From: Bacteroidales bacterium
GTDB taxonomy: Bacteria > Bacteroidota > Bacteroidia > Bacteroidales > UBA12481
DNA: 64,000 bases
Direction: 5' to 3'
Assembly (NCBI GenBank): GCA_041662065.1
Contig: JBAZTE010000019.1
Coordinates: 13,631-77,630, forward strand
In this document: positions 1 to 9,723 of the stretch, piece by piece
How positions within the stretch are numbered: position 1 is the first letter of the stretch
Layout: each line of letters starts with the position of its first letter
Position numbers and translations under genes: made by a program
Notes under the pieces: generated by a model
Told to the model about the DNA's origin: nothing
The model's database searches: none
The model's input: only the letters and a program-made list of their open reading frames with translations

Positions 1-6
1 GATGGG

Positions 7-40
7 GTCCCCGCCTTCGCGGGGATGACACTTCTCCGAG
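7..40. repeat. REP-like palindromic hairpin element, copy 1 (inverted orientation)
   Basis: The sequence is GTCCCCGCCTTCGCGGGGATGAC followed by ACTTCTCCGAG. The same ~35-nt unit recurs at 20528-20566, 40319-40354, 59825-59851 and 61531-61566. Confidence 0.8.
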
Positions 41-71
41 GTAAACTTAAATCTTAAGTCATAAGACTAAT

Positions 72-92
72 TTCTGCCTTCTGCCTTCTGCC
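72..92. repeat. Tandem heptamer TTCTGCC x3, purine-rich on the minus (sense) strand just after the response-regulator stop
   Basis: ttctgccttctgccttctgcc is read directly. It belongs to the intergenic word-repeat class seen throughout the window. Confidence 0.7.
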
Positions 93-93
93 C

Positions 94-849
94 TTAAAAT
101 CCCAGCACCTCCCTTAGCCTCTTCATCCCCGCTTTGCTCGTATGAATTTTCTTACCCGATTTCATCACCAGCACTTTGGTTTCCTTGTCGTAGGGCTCAA
201 GCTGGACGATCTGGGCAATTTTGACAATATGGGAACGATGGACGCGGATGAATTCGGCCGGGTCGAGATGCTCCTCGAAATAGCCCATGGTCATCTGCTT
301 AAGGTAACGGCCGTCGCCGGTATAAATCATTACATAATCATCTTCCGCTTCAAGATATTCCACCTGGTCGATGGCCACCACCTTGATTTTCTGACCGGTT
401 TTTACGACAATCCGGTCGAGGTAAATGCCCTCGGGAAGGGTTCCACCGGCAATTTTTGAAAGGCCCGGGGCGGGACCCGACTTCTTGTTTATCCGTTCGA
501 TGGCCTTGGTGACAGCCTGGCTGAACCGTTCACGGGAATAGGGTTTCAGCAGGTAATCCACCGCATTGTATTCAAAAGCCTTAATTGCATATTCATCGAA
601 AGCGGTCGAGAATATAACCTGTGGAAAGTCGTCGAGAAGTTCCAGCAGTTCAAATCCTGAAATTTTAGGCATCTGAATATCAAGGAAAACCAGGTCGGGC
701 TTGTCCGACTGAATAGCTTTCAATCCTTCAAAACCGTTGGCACATTCGCCGGTCACCTGGATATCAGGAAATGAATCGAGATAAGAGCGTATCAATACTC
801 TTGCAGGCTCTTCATCATCAATGATCAGGGCTTTCAGTTTCGTGTTCAT
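94..849 (-). CDS. LytTR-family two-component response regulator
   Basis: The N-terminal receiver reads ALIIDDE...DLVFLDIQMP and the C-terminal half is LytTR-like (RVHRSHIV). It overlaps the upstream kinase gene by 32 nt. Confidence 0.85.
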   Translation of the reverse strand: MNTKLKALIIDDEEPARVLIRSYLDSFPDIQVTGECANGFEGLKAIQSDKPDLVFLDIQMPKISGFELLELLDDFPQVIFSTAFDEYAIKAFEYNAVDYLLKPYSRERFSQAVTKAIERINKKSGPAPGLSKIAGGTLPEGIYLDRIVVKTGQKIKVVAIDQVEYLEAEDDYVMIYTGDGRYLKQMTMGYFEEHLDPAEFIRVHRSHIVKIAQIVQLEPYDKETKVLVMKSGKKIHTSKAGMKRLREVLGF

Positions 850-1906
850 CTTTCACAAATTGCGGTATGGTCAGTTTAATGGTGAAGCGATTATCGGTCC
901 GCTCCACGGTAAGGCAATGATCACAATTAAAGGCGAGCTTCAGCCGGTTTTGGGTATTGATCAGGCCTATCCCCTTCCCTTTTCGCGGCGGGGCTTCGGG
1001 GTCGAAATCATTGCTGATCTCAACCATCAGGATTTCGGGCTTGTTGGTCATGGCTTTCAACTCAATCTTCACAGGCTCGGTACTTTCATAAACACCATGC
1101 TTTATAGCATTCTCCACCAGTGGTTGAAGGATCATGTGCGGGATGGTCATTTTAAGGCACTCCTCAGGAACAATGAAATCAAACTGCAATCGTTTGCCGA
1201 ACCTCACTTTTTCAATTTCAAGATAATAGCGGATATTTTCGAGTTCCGCCTCCAGGGTAGTGACATTATTATTCTTGTTTTCAAGAGAGTAGCGCAGAAA
1301 ACCTGATAGCCTGACCAGCATCTCACGGGCCTGCTCAGGCTGGCTGATAATCAGCGAAGAAACCGAATTCAGGCTGTTAAAAAGGAAATGGGGATTGATC
1401 TGCGATTTCAGACGTTCGATTTCAGCCTCCTTAACCTGCAGTCGAAGTGTAGATTCCTTGCTGATACGGGCCTTGCGGTCTTCGCTGTTAATATATAAAT
1501 AGTATATCAGGATAATCAAGAAATAGAAAAATAGTCCGGAAATCCCCCGCCAGGGTAAGGAGTTGATCAGAAATCCATGGTAATCGGGTTGATTAGCCCA
1601 AATGGCATTCAGGACCAGATAACCCAGTCCCATCCACACGCCCAAAACGATAATCGCGATCAGCAAATGGTTCAGCAACCGGTCGGAAATTCCCGCTTTA
1701 TTAAAATCGTAGTAACGGATCGAGTACCATAGACCCAGAGCGATCCCGGCGAAAAGAATATTGAAAACCAGGCTGTCGGATATCGCAACCCAGAGTTCCT
1801 GTCCGGAAGTCAGCCATAAAACAGCGGCATGGATACCGGCAACCAGTATCCATGCAGCAATATAAGATATTATATAAGTCCGGTTGATCAGGAACGGGTT
1901 TCTCAT
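818..1906 (-). CDS. LytS/YehU-type sensor histidine kinase
   Basis: The N-terminus is multi-TM. The H-box is NPHFLFNSLNSV and the ATPase motif is LQPLVENAIKHG. Confidence 0.85.
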   Translation of the reverse strand: MRNPFLINRTYIISYIAAWILVAGIHAAVLWLTSGQELWVAISDSLVFNILFAGIALGLWYSIRYYDFNKAGISDRLLNHLLIAIIVLGVWMGLGYLVLNAIWANQPDYHGFLINSLPWRGISGLFFYFLIILIYYLYINSEDRKARISKESTLRLQVKEAEIERLKSQINPHFLFNSLNSVSSLIISQPEQAREMLVRLSGFLRYSLENKNNNVTTLEAELENIRYYLEIEKVRFGKRLQFDFIVPEECLKMTIPHMILQPLVENAIKHGVYESTEPVKIELKAMTNKPEILMVEISNDFDPEAPPRKGKGIGLINTQNRLKLAFNCDHCLTVERTDNRFTIKLTIPQFVKDEHETESPDH

Positions 1907-1909
1907 GGG

Positions 1910-2683
1910 TCAGATTCCGTACGATTTTACTTCTCCGCCCCCAAAGATAGCCATCCCTTTGATCACCAGCATGGTGTTTTGATCATAGACCAGGTTCGGC
2001 AATCGTTCGCGCTTATCGCTGAATCCCCCGAAGATGGCCACTACTTCAACCTTGACGGTCCATCCGGCCGGAACGATCACGTTTGATCCACCGAATATGC
2101 TCATGGTATCGAGAACCTGAGGACCTTCGGCCAGTTTGGCATTCATCAGGTTGATCTTTGATCCTCCGAAAATACTTAGAATACGGCCACCCTTGAAATT
2201 TTGAGAGGTGATGATCCTGTCGCCGCCGCTGAATACAGCCACCTCATCTATAAAATCCCGGTTGTCTCCTCCCCCTTGAACGGGCCCTCTCCAATGACGC
2301 AGGTAACGGGGTGGTGCAACGATCAGATAAACTCCGAACAGGAGAAGAACTACCGGCCAGAAAGCCTGTCGCCAGTAATCCGGAAAAATAAAGTAGTGGT
2401 TGGCCAGCGAAAATGCACCGATGCCGATGAGGAAAATGCCCGGCACAATGCTGCGGTTGTTAACCAGGGAGATGATACCGATGGCGATCAGCAGCATTTG
2501 CCAGGAGAAAACGATCCGCTTAATGTCATAATCAAAAATATCGAAGACGTTTGCCAGAAGCACCACGCCTGCGAGGATCAGCAGAATACCCCAACCCCTG
2601 CGGTTGTTCATGTGCCTGCGATGGTCGAACACGGGGCTGTCATGCCTGTGTTCCCTGCGAAAATCCCGGTCCATGCGTTCCAT
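1910..2683 (-). CDS. LiaF-like membrane protein (repeated IFGG beta-rich C-terminal domain)
   Basis: TM helices are followed by four IFGG/FSGG repeats (SIFGGSK, SIFGGSN, AIFGGFS, AIFGGGE). The gene ends 3 nt before the kinase start. Confidence 0.6.
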   Translation of the reverse strand: MERMDRDFRREHRHDSPVFDHRRHMNNRRGWGILLILAGVVLLANVFDIFDYDIKRIVFSWQMLLIAIGIISLVNNRSIVPGIFLIGIGAFSLANHYFIFPDYWRQAFWPVVLLLFGVYLIVAPPRYLRHWRGPVQGGGDNRDFIDEVAVFSGGDRIITSQNFKGGRILSIFGGSKINLMNAKLAEGPQVLDTMSIFGGSNVIVPAGWTVKVEVVAIFGGFSDKRERLPNLVYDQNTMLVIKGMAIFGGGEVKSYGI

Positions 2684-2820
2684 TTTGTTGTTGTATTAGA
2701 TTATTGTTTTATGTTCATTTTAAATGACGCATCAAAGATAAGCTCATCCGGAACTGCCATTCAATGGCCGATCGGTAAAGGGAGGACAATTTACCGGCGA
2801 ATGGCGACGTAGATTTTTAA

Positions 2821-2942
2821 GAATGGCACGCGGATGACGCTGATCCCTGCGGGAGCGCGGATTTGCGCGAATCTTTTAATGTTAAAAAATCTGCGAAAAT
2901 CAGCGTTGCCGGAGGCATCCGCGTAAATCAGCGTGCCATTCT
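2821..2942. mobile_element. 122-bp MITE-like palindromic element, copy A
   Basis: Perfect 11-bp terminal inverted repeats GAATGGCACGC / GCGTGCCATTC flank an internal core TCCCTGCGGGAGCGCGGATT...ATCTTTTAAT...CGAAAATCAGC...CCGGAGG. A same-length homolog lies at 60922-61043. Confidence 0.7.
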
Positions 2943-3083
2943 CTTGGCCAGCCGTTAACTTCATAGAATCGTAACAGAATCTTGTGGCTTCGTAACATTG
3001 TAAATTGAACGACCTGTTTGCAAATGGTATGTACATAAAAAAATCACTCATCCAATTTTCGTAGATAAGTGATTGATTTTCAG

Positions 3084-3157
3084 TAGCGAGAGCCGGGAAT
3101 GATCCGGCGACCTCATGATTATGAATCATGCGCTCTAACCAGCTGAGCTACCTCGCC
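3084..3157 (-). tRNA. tRNA with CAU anticodon (elongator Met or lysidine-modified Ile2)
   Basis: The reverse complement folds as GGCGAGG-TA-GCTC-AGCTGGTTA-GAGC-G-CATGA-TTCATAA-TCATG-AGGTC-GCCGG-ATCATTC-CCGGC-TCTCGCT-A. The anticodon stem lacks the GGG/CCC run of initiator tRNAs. The T-loop is atypical (A at the usual T54 position). Confidence 0.75.
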
Positions 3158-3228
3158 ATTTTTCGAGGACGCAAATATAATAGAATTTTTTTCCGTATAT
3201 TGCCAAAATTGAAACAATTTCAAAAACG

Positions 3229-3615
3229 ATGTCGGGAAAACAAAAATATGAACTGGAGTATGTGATTAATGCCTCGCCAAAAGTTCTTTACGCGAGGTTG
3301 AGCACTCCTGGTGGTCTGTCGGAGTGGTTTGCCGATGACGTAAATATAGAGGGCTCAATCCTTACTTTCATCTGGGACAAATCAGTCCAGAAAGCCGAGC
3401 TGCTCTGTCAGAAAGAAAACCGCCTGGTCCGTTTCAGATGGTTGGATGACCCTGACCCTAAATCCTATTTTGAGTTCAGAATCACCCAGGATCCGCTGAC
3501 CAGCGACGTATCGCTGGCTATTACGGACTTCGCTGAAGAAAGCGAAATTGAAGACGCCAAAGGATTGTGGGATAAACAAATATCTCAACTTTTCAGCCAG
3601 CTGGGATCTGCCTGA
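3229..3615 (+). CDS. START/SRPBCC-like (AHSA1-type) small protein
   Basis: 128 aa. The pattern YELEYVINASPKVLYARLSTPGGLSEWFAD resembles Bacteroidota START-like domain proteins. Confidence 0.5.
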   Translation: MSGKQKYELEYVINASPKVLYARLSTPGGLSEWFADDVNIEGSILTFIWDKSVQKAELLCQKENRLVRFRWLDDPDPKSYFEFRITQDPLTSDVSLAITDFAEESEIEDAKGLWDKQISQLFSQLGSA

Positions 3616-3685
3616 TACCTCCCTGAAATACCATTGCCGGTTATTCTGCGTTTCATAGGAAAAACCCAGACAAGCACTTGTATCC

Positions 3686-5173
3686 GTGAAGAGATTGCAC
3701 AGTTATATGATCCGGTCCTATATCGGACCCCTGGTGATGACTTTCTGCCTCGCCATGATCGTGCTCATCCTGCAGTTTGTTTGGAAATATATCGATGAAC
3801 TGGTCGGCAAAGGTCTCTCTTCAGCCGTTATCACTGAACTCCTGATCGACGTATCAGCCGGCCTCATCCCCCTGGCCCTCATCCTCGCTGTACTCCTTTC
3901 GTCCATCATGACATTCGGAAACCTTGGCGAACATTCTGAACTCAGCGCACTTAAAGCATCCGGGATTTCCCTTACCCGCATCATGGCTCCCCTGTTTGTT
4001 CTGGCCCTGCTGATTACCACTGGAGCTTTCCTGTTCTCCAATTTTGTCATCCCCAAAACAAATATGAAATTCTTCACCCTCTTGCTGGATATCAGGAAAC
4101 AGAGGCCTGAATTCCTGATCAAGGAGGGTCAGTTTTATAATGGTCTTGAGGGATATAGCCTGAAAATAGGCAAAAGATCACAAACCAGCCGGATGCTCTA
4201 TGACCTGATGATTTATGACCACCGTGAGAAAATCGGCAATGTCGCCGTAACGGTGGCAGATTCTGGATATATGGTTCAAACCGAGGATAAGCGGAACCTG
4301 ATGCTCACCCTGTATAACGGATATAATTACATGGAACAGCTGGAGAACCATCGGCTTAAGAAAAACAAAGCTTTCAGGCGTGACAAATTCGGGATGCAGC
4401 AATTTCTTTTCATCCTGCCATCGAATGACCTCGACCGTACCGAGGGCGATGTATTCAAAGACAATTACAAGCGGAAGAACATGGCAGAACTTGCGAAGTA
4501 TGTTGCTGATTTCCAATCACCCATGAACAACAAGCGCGACCGGGTGATGCGCGAACTGCTTCAAACACAATATTTCAAATTCGCCGATAAGAAAGATACC
4601 CTGACGCCCTTAAATGATCACCAGAAAAAACTGTCGACCCTGCGTGTGAATGTCCAGAGCCTGTATGATTCTCTTCCGCCTTCCGAAAGGACCAAGATAA
4701 TCGATCAGGCTATGCGCCAGGCGACCGAAGCCCAGAGGATGATTAAAACGGCGGCAGAGGTATATTCAAACGATCAGTCCTGGATGTTCCGCTATCAGAT
4801 TGAATGGCACCGAAAACTTACTTTATCCATTGCCTGCCTGATTTTCTTCCTGATTGGAGCTCCGCTCGGTTCCATTATCCGAAAAGGCGGATTGGGCACT
4901 CCGGTTGTAGTGTCGACTCTGTTTTTCATTTTCTACCATATCATTTCACTTGCCGGGGAAAAATATGCTCGGGCCGGAATGATGCCGGTTTGGCTGGGCA
5001 TGTGGGGTTCAACCATCATTCTCCTTGCCATCGGTATATACCTGACCGTCAAATCAACCCGGGATTCCGCGATTCTCTCGAGCGATACTTACCTGCTTCT
5101 CATCCGGAAAATCGCTAGATTTGGACGGATTAACGGAACGGTTACGAATGAAGATCCTGCAGCTCACCAATAA
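3686..5173 (+). CDS. LptF/LptG-family LPS export permease
   Basis: The N-terminus IRSYIGPLVMTF...QFVWKYIDELVGKGL is typical of YjgP/YjgQ proteins, with a large periplasmic insert and C-terminal TMs. The track start is GTG 3686; an alternative ATG lies at 3707. Confidence 0.8.
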   Translation: MKRLHSYMIRSYIGPLVMTFCLAMIVLILQFVWKYIDELVGKGLSSAVITELLIDVSAGLIPLALILAVLLSSIMTFGNLGEHSELSALKASGISLTRIMAPLFVLALLITTGAFLFSNFVIPKTNMKFFTLLLDIRKQRPEFLIKEGQFYNGLEGYSLKIGKRSQTSRMLYDLMIYDHREKIGNVAVTVADSGYMVQTEDKRNLMLTLYNGYNYMEQLENHRLKKNKAFRRDKFGMQQFLFILPSNDLDRTEGDVFKDNYKRKNMAELAKYVADFQSPMNNKRDRVMRELLQTQYFKFADKKDTLTPLNDHQKKLSTLRVNVQSLYDSLPPSERTKIIDQAMRQATEAQRMIKTAAEVYSNDQSWMFRYQIEWHRKLTLSIACLIFFLIGAPLGSIIRKGGLGTPVVVSTLFFIFYHIISLAGEKYARAGMMPVWLGMWGSTIILLAIGIYLTVKSTRDSAILSSDTYLLLIRKIARFGRINGTVTNEDPAAHQ

Positions 5174-6356
5174 AGTCCCCTACCCTCCACGCGATGGTGG
5201 CGCAATCGCCAGCCTCACCCTGGCCAGGGAGCTCACCAGGGCCGGTCATCAGGTGACCGTACTGGCCATGAACACCTCTAAACATTTTGTCAATAAAGAC
5301 TCCACCGATGGTAAACCATCTGAAAATATTCAATGGGAAATCGTACCGGTAAATACAGATCTTCACTGGCACCATGCCCTGAAAAACCTCCTGTTCTCTA
5401 GGCTTCCGTATAATGCCGTTCGATTCCAGTCAAAAGAGTACCGGCAGAGGTTACGCAACCTGCTGACCAGCAATCAGTACGACTATATTATCCTCGATAA
5501 TCTTTATACCGGCCTCTACTTAAAAGATATCAGGGCTTGCTCAAAAGCTAAAGTGCTGCTCAGGGCACATAATATCGAACATGAGATCTGGGCGCGTACC
5601 GCAAAATCTTCAGAAGGGCTTAAGCGTCTCTATCTTACCGTATTAGCTAACCGGATCCGTCGCTTTGAACTCTCACTGATCAACCAATATGATGCCCTTA
5701 TTCCGATAACCTCCAGGGATGCAGGCTTTTTCATGAACTTTGGAAATAAAAAACCCTGTCATGTCTTAGCTCCAGGAATGGACATTTCTGATCGTTCACC
5801 TGTTAACCAGGAGACGTTCAGGCTTTCCGTTGCTCACCTGGGTGCCCTCGACTGGCTTCCCAACCAGAATGGCATCCGGTGGTTTATCCGGTCAGTCTGG
5901 CCGCTTGTAAGAAAGGAAATTCCCCATATCGAGTTTCATCTCGCCGGGCGGAATGCCCCGCGTAATTTTGAATCCCAAGTCAGCGCTCCCGGCGTGAAGT
6001 TTCATGGCGAAATTGAAGATTCTGCTTCATTTATCCATGATCATCCGATTTTCGTCGTTCCCCTGTTTGCAGGCAGCGGGATGCGGATCAAGCTGCTCGA
6101 TTATATGGCAGCCGGACGGGCCACCATCACCACCAGCATCGGAGCCGAAGGCATTCCGGTGGAATCAGGTAAAGAAACCTTTATCTCCGACCAGCCCGAA
6201 GAGTTTGCCCGGCACCTGATTGCCCTGGCCCGAAATCCCGGATTATGTGCTCAAACTGGTTTGAATGCAAGTACCTTTATAAAAAACCGGTTCGATAATC
6301 AGTTGCTGATCGGACAATTCATAGAATTTCTGAAAACCATTGATAGTAGCCGCTAA
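5148..6356 (+). CDS. Glycosyltransferase, GT-B fold (GT4-like)
   Basis: MKILQLTNKVPYPPRDGGAIA is a typical GT4 N-terminus and the C-terminal sugar-donor domain reads GSGMRIKLLDYMAAG. I prefer ATG 5148 over the track start 5121. Confidence 0.75.
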   Translation: MKILQLTNKVPYPPRDGGAIASLTLARELTRAGHQVTVLAMNTSKHFVNKDSTDGKPSENIQWEIVPVNTDLHWHHALKNLLFSRLPYNAVRFQSKEYRQRLRNLLTSNQYDYIILDNLYTGLYLKDIRACSKAKVLLRAHNIEHEIWARTAKSSEGLKRLYLTVLANRIRRFELSLINQYDALIPITSRDAGFFMNFGNKKPCHVLAPGMDISDRSPVNQETFRLSVAHLGALDWLPNQNGIRWFIRSVWPLVRKEIPHIEFHLAGRNAPRNFESQVSAPGVKFHGEIEDSASFIHDHPIFVVPLFAGSGMRIKLLDYMAAGRATITTSIGAEGIPVESGKETFISDQPEEFARHLIALARNPGLCAQTGLNASTFIKNRFDNQLLIGQFIEFLKTIDSSR

Positions 6357-7515
6357 TATCATTTTCTGGACCTGCCTCCTGGCGGTTTTTCACAGTTATG
6401 TGCTGTTTCCCATTATATTAAGGGTGACAGGTGCTTTCCGCAAATTTCCGGCGGAGTATCCTGAGACTGACGTTGAAAAACCCATGGTCAGCATTCTGCT
6501 TGCGGCATTCAATGAGGAAGCCGTTATCGAAGAAAAAATCAGGTCGGTATTCCGTACTTCCTATCCCGCCGGCCGTTTTGAACTGGTGATCGGATCGGAT
6601 CATTCGACCGACCGGACCGCTAAAATCATTGACCGGCTATCCGGGGAGTTTTCCGGCCTCCGGTTTTACAACTATATCGAAAGGCAAGGCAAGCCTAACG
6701 TGATAAACAAACTGGCCAAGGAAGCTCAAGGGGAAATCCTGATCCTGACCGATGCCAACGTCATGTTCGACGAAAACACCCTGTGCCGGATCATCGATCC
6801 GTTCATCGATCCCATAATCGGATTAGTGGATACCCAGATGATCAATATCGGAATGAAACGGGAAGGAATCTCCTACCAGGAAAAGGCCTATATCTCCCGT
6901 GAAGTTCAGATCAAATACCTGGAAAGCAGGCTTTGGGGAGCCATGATGGGGCCTTTCGGAGGTTGTTTCGCCATCCGTGCACATCTTTTCGAAACTGTAC
7001 CCGAGAATTTCCTTGTCGATGATTTCTTTCTGAACATGAAGGTTCTTGAATCAGGATATCAAGCGGTTAACAATCCCGGAGCAAGGGTTTATGAAGATGT
7101 TTCGAATGATTTATCCATTGAATTCAAACGCAAAATCCGCATAGCTACCGGCAATTTCCAAAATCTTAAAAGGTTCAGGAAGCTGTTGTCTCCTGCAAAA
7201 CCCGCCGTTTCCTTTTGTTTCCTCAGTCATAAAGTCATCCGGTGGCTGGGTCCGGTATTCCTCCTGCTTGCGCTGCTCACGTTGATCTTTTTGGCCTTCT
7301 TTTCGTTATACTATCTGGGATTGCTGATAGTTTACCTGGTGGTTTTAATCGTACCGGCTCTCGATTATCTGTTAAAAAAGCTAAATTTGCACTTTAAATT
7401 TTTGAGGTTCATCACACATTTCCTGGGAATGAACCTTGCACTGAGTATAGGAATGGTAAGATATCTGAAAGGGGTTAAAACGAATGTCTGGCAACCAACC
7501 AAACGGTATCAATAA
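6340..7515 (+). CDS. Membrane glycosyltransferase family 2
   Basis: Motifs [20 protein letters not shown] and ILTDANV (DxD-like) are flanked by N- and C-terminal TM helices. Only a TTG start preserves the N-terminal TM. Confidence 0.75.
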   Translation: MIVAANIIFWTCLLAVFHSYVLFPIILRVTGAFRKFPAEYPETDVEKPMVSILLAAFNEEAVIEEKIRSVFRTSYPAGRFELVIGSDHSTDRTAKIIDRLSGEFSGLRFYNYIERQGKPNVINKLAKEAQGEILILTDANVMFDENTLCRIIDPFIDPIIGLVDTQMINIGMKREGISYQEKAYISREVQIKYLESRLWGAMMGPFGGCFAIRAHLFETVPENFLVDDFFLNMKVLESGYQAVNNPGARVYEDVSNDLSIEFKRKIRIATGNFQNLKRFRKLLSPAKPAVSFCFLSHKVIRWLGPVFLLLALLTLIFLAFFSLYYLGLLIVYLVVLIVPALDYLLKKLNLHFKFLRFITHFLGMNLALSIGMVRYLKGVKTNVWQPTKRYQ

Positions 7516-8758
7516 GGGACTGGATAAAATCGAAGACGCCATTGAGGCGATAAGAAAAGGTGAGATTATCATTGTAGTCGATGATGAGGACCGGGAAAAT
7601 GAAGGTGATTTCATTGCGTCCGCACAAATGACCACTGCCAAAACGATCAATTTCATGGCTCGCTTTGGTCGCGGTTTGATTTGCACTCCTCTTCCCGAAG
7701 AACGGTGCCAGGAGCTTGATCTCCCGCCCATGGTCGGTAAGAACACCTCTTTTCATGAAACAGCTTTCACGGTTTCGGTCGACTTGCTTGGTCAGGGATG
7801 CACCTCCGGCATATCGGCTCAGGACCGGGCAAAAACGGTGAATGCACTGGTCGATCCGCGGTCAAAAGCAGAGGATTTCGGCCGTCCCGGTCACATATTC
7901 CCATTGATCAGCCGTGAAAAAGGAGTAATCCGGCGCGCCGGACATACCGAAGCAGCCATCGACTTTACACGCCTGGCCGGTCTTCGGCCGGGAGGTGTCC
8001 TCGTCGAGATCATGAATGAAGACGGCAGCATGGCACGGCTTCCCGAGCTATTAGTCATTGCACAGAAATTTGATCTTAAAATAGTTACCATTAAGGACCT
8101 TATCGCGTACCGTTTGAAGCAGGAGAGCCTGATCGACAGGGGTGTACAGGTTAATCTTCCGACCGATCACGGAAATTTTGACTTGGTTGCCTACCGTCAG
8201 AAATCCAACGGAATGGAGCATGTAGCCCTGGTAAAAGGGACCTGGACCGATGATGATCCGGTTCTGGTAAGGGTTCACTCTTCATGCGTTACCGGTGATA
8301 TTTTCGGCTCGTATCGTTGCGACTGCGGTCCGCAACTGCATACCGCCATGGAGATGATCGAGCGCGAAGGAAGGGGCGCCCTTATCTATATGAACCAGGA
8401 AGGTCGGGGTATCGGGCTGTTCAACAAGATGATGGCATACAAGCTCCAGGAGGAGGGACAGGATACTGTGGAGGCCAATGTCAATCTCGGATTCGATGAA
8501 GATGAACGGGATTACGGGGTGGGCGCACAGATACTCAGGGATCTCGGAATTAAGAAAATCCGTCTGATCACCAACAACCCTAAAAAACGCGCCGGACTGG
8601 AAGGATATGGAATGCAGATCGTTGAAAATGTACCTCTGGAGATCCCGCCTAACCAGCACAATGCATTTTACCTGCAAACCAAGCGCGATAAAATGGGGCA
8701 TTTTCTACATTTGCATCTTGATCATCCTGATTCTGATCTAACCGGATTGAAAAAATGA
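7484..8758 (+). CDS. ribBA: Bifunctional 3,4-dihydroxy-2-butanone-4-phosphate synthase / GTP cyclohydrolase II
   Basis: [13 protein letters not shown] is the DHBPS motif and [23 protein letters not shown] is the GCH-II zinc motif. Confidence 0.95.
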   Translation: MSGNQPNGINKGLDKIEDAIEAIRKGEIIIVVDDEDRENEGDFIASAQMTTAKTINFMARFGRGLICTPLPEERCQELDLPPMVGKNTSFHETAFTVSVDLLGQGCTSGISAQDRAKTVNALVDPRSKAEDFGRPGHIFPLISREKGVIRRAGHTEAAIDFTRLAGLRPGGVLVEIMNEDGSMARLPELLVIAQKFDLKIVTIKDLIAYRLKQESLIDRGVQVNLPTDHGNFDLVAYRQKSNGMEHVALVKGTWTDDDPVLVRVHSSCVTGDIFGSYRCDCGPQLHTAMEMIEREGRGALIYMNQEGRGIGLFNKMMAYKLQEEGQDTVEANVNLGFDEDERDYGVGAQILRDLGIKKIRLITNNPKKRAGLEGYGMQIVENVPLEIPPNQHNAFYLQTKRDKMGHFLHLHLDHPDSDLTGLKK

Positions 8759-9723
8759 CCAAAGAACTGCCGCGCATCGTCTTTATGGGAACCCCAGAAT
8801 TTGCGGTTCCATCGCTTGATGCGCTCTATCAGGCAGGATATCCGGTCGCCGGGGTGGTAACCGCCCCCGACAAGCCCGCAGGCCGAGGCTTGCAGCTCAC
8901 CCTTTCGCCGGTCAAGCGTTATGCCGAGGATAAAGGGTTGATCGTTTTACAGCCCGACAGTCTGAAAGAAGATTATTTTCTGGAGGATCTCCAGGCTTTG
9001 AACGGAGACCTTTTCATTGTCGTCGCCTTCAGGATGCTTCCCGAGGTGGTCTGGTCGATGCCGCGCCTGGGAACCGTCAACCTACATGCCTCCCTCCTGC
9101 CGCAATATCGCGGAGCAGCCCCGATAAACTGGGTATTGATCAATGGTGAAGAACAAACCGGTGTCACCACCTTCTTTATTGAAAAAGATATCGATACCGG
9201 AAATATCCTCAAGCAGTCACGCCTTGCTTTGACACCCAATACACTGGCCGGTGAATTGCACGACCAACTGATGGTTCTCGGAGCCAATTTGCTGGTTGAC
9301 ACGGTAAAAGAAATTTCCAAGGGAACTCTTCGTGCCATCCCTCAAAGCGAAATCATTAAAAAGGGTGAGCAATTGAAATCAGCTCCCAAGATCAGTCGCG
9401 ATGACGGACATATTGACTGGAAAGATCCAGCCCTCAAAATACACAACCAAATACGCGGATTATCGCCGGTACCTGGCGCCTGGACCCAATTTCTTACAGA
9501 TACCGGTTATAGTTTCGGGATGAAAATCCTGGAAACGGAGATCGACATCACCGCTCAATGGGGATATCCCGGTGAAGTTTTGTTCGAGAAACCGAATAAA
9601 ATCTGGATTCAAACCGGATCAGGTTCCCTGAGGATCAAGAAACTCCAGCAAGCCGGTAAAAAAGCCATGGTCATCGCAGAGTTTCTCCGCGGCTTCCGCG
9701 AGCAAATCCTCAGTGCCGGCTAA
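8755..9723 (+). CDS. fmt: Methionyl-tRNA formyltransferase
   Basis: Motifs [14 protein letters not shown] and [18 protein letters not shown] are present. The start forms an ATGA overlap with the ribBA stop. Confidence 0.95.
   Translation: MTKELPRIVFMGTPEFAVPSLDALYQAGYPVAGVVTAPDKPAGRGLQLTLSPVKRYAEDKGLIVLQPDSLKEDYFLEDLQALNGDLFIVVAFRMLPEVVWSMPRLGTVNLHASLLPQYRGAAPINWVLINGEEQTGVTTFFIEKDIDTGNILKQSRLALTPNTLAGELHDQLMVLGANLLVDTVKEISKGTLRAIPQSEIIKKGEQLKSAPKISRDDGHIDWKDPALKIHNQIRGLSPVPGAWTQFLTDTGYSFGMKILETEIDITAQWGYPGEVLFEKPNKIWIQTGSGSLRIKKLQQAGKKAMVIAEFLRGFREQILSAG

Noticed and set aside
2791-3129. This is a 112-aa minus-strand ORF.
   Set aside because: It is composed of the MITE-like element and the tRNA gene sequence, so it is a repeat or RNA artefact rather than a gene.
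2684-3228. The tRNA(CAU) might be an integration site for a genomic island or prophage.
   Set aside because: There is no integrase, no direct repeat of the tRNA 3' end and no phage-like genes nearby. Only the MITE-like element is present.
7400-7483. An FMN riboswitch might lie upstream of ribBA.
   Set aside because: ribBA overlaps the end of the GT2 gene by 32 nt. There is no non-coding leader and no RFN-element blocks.
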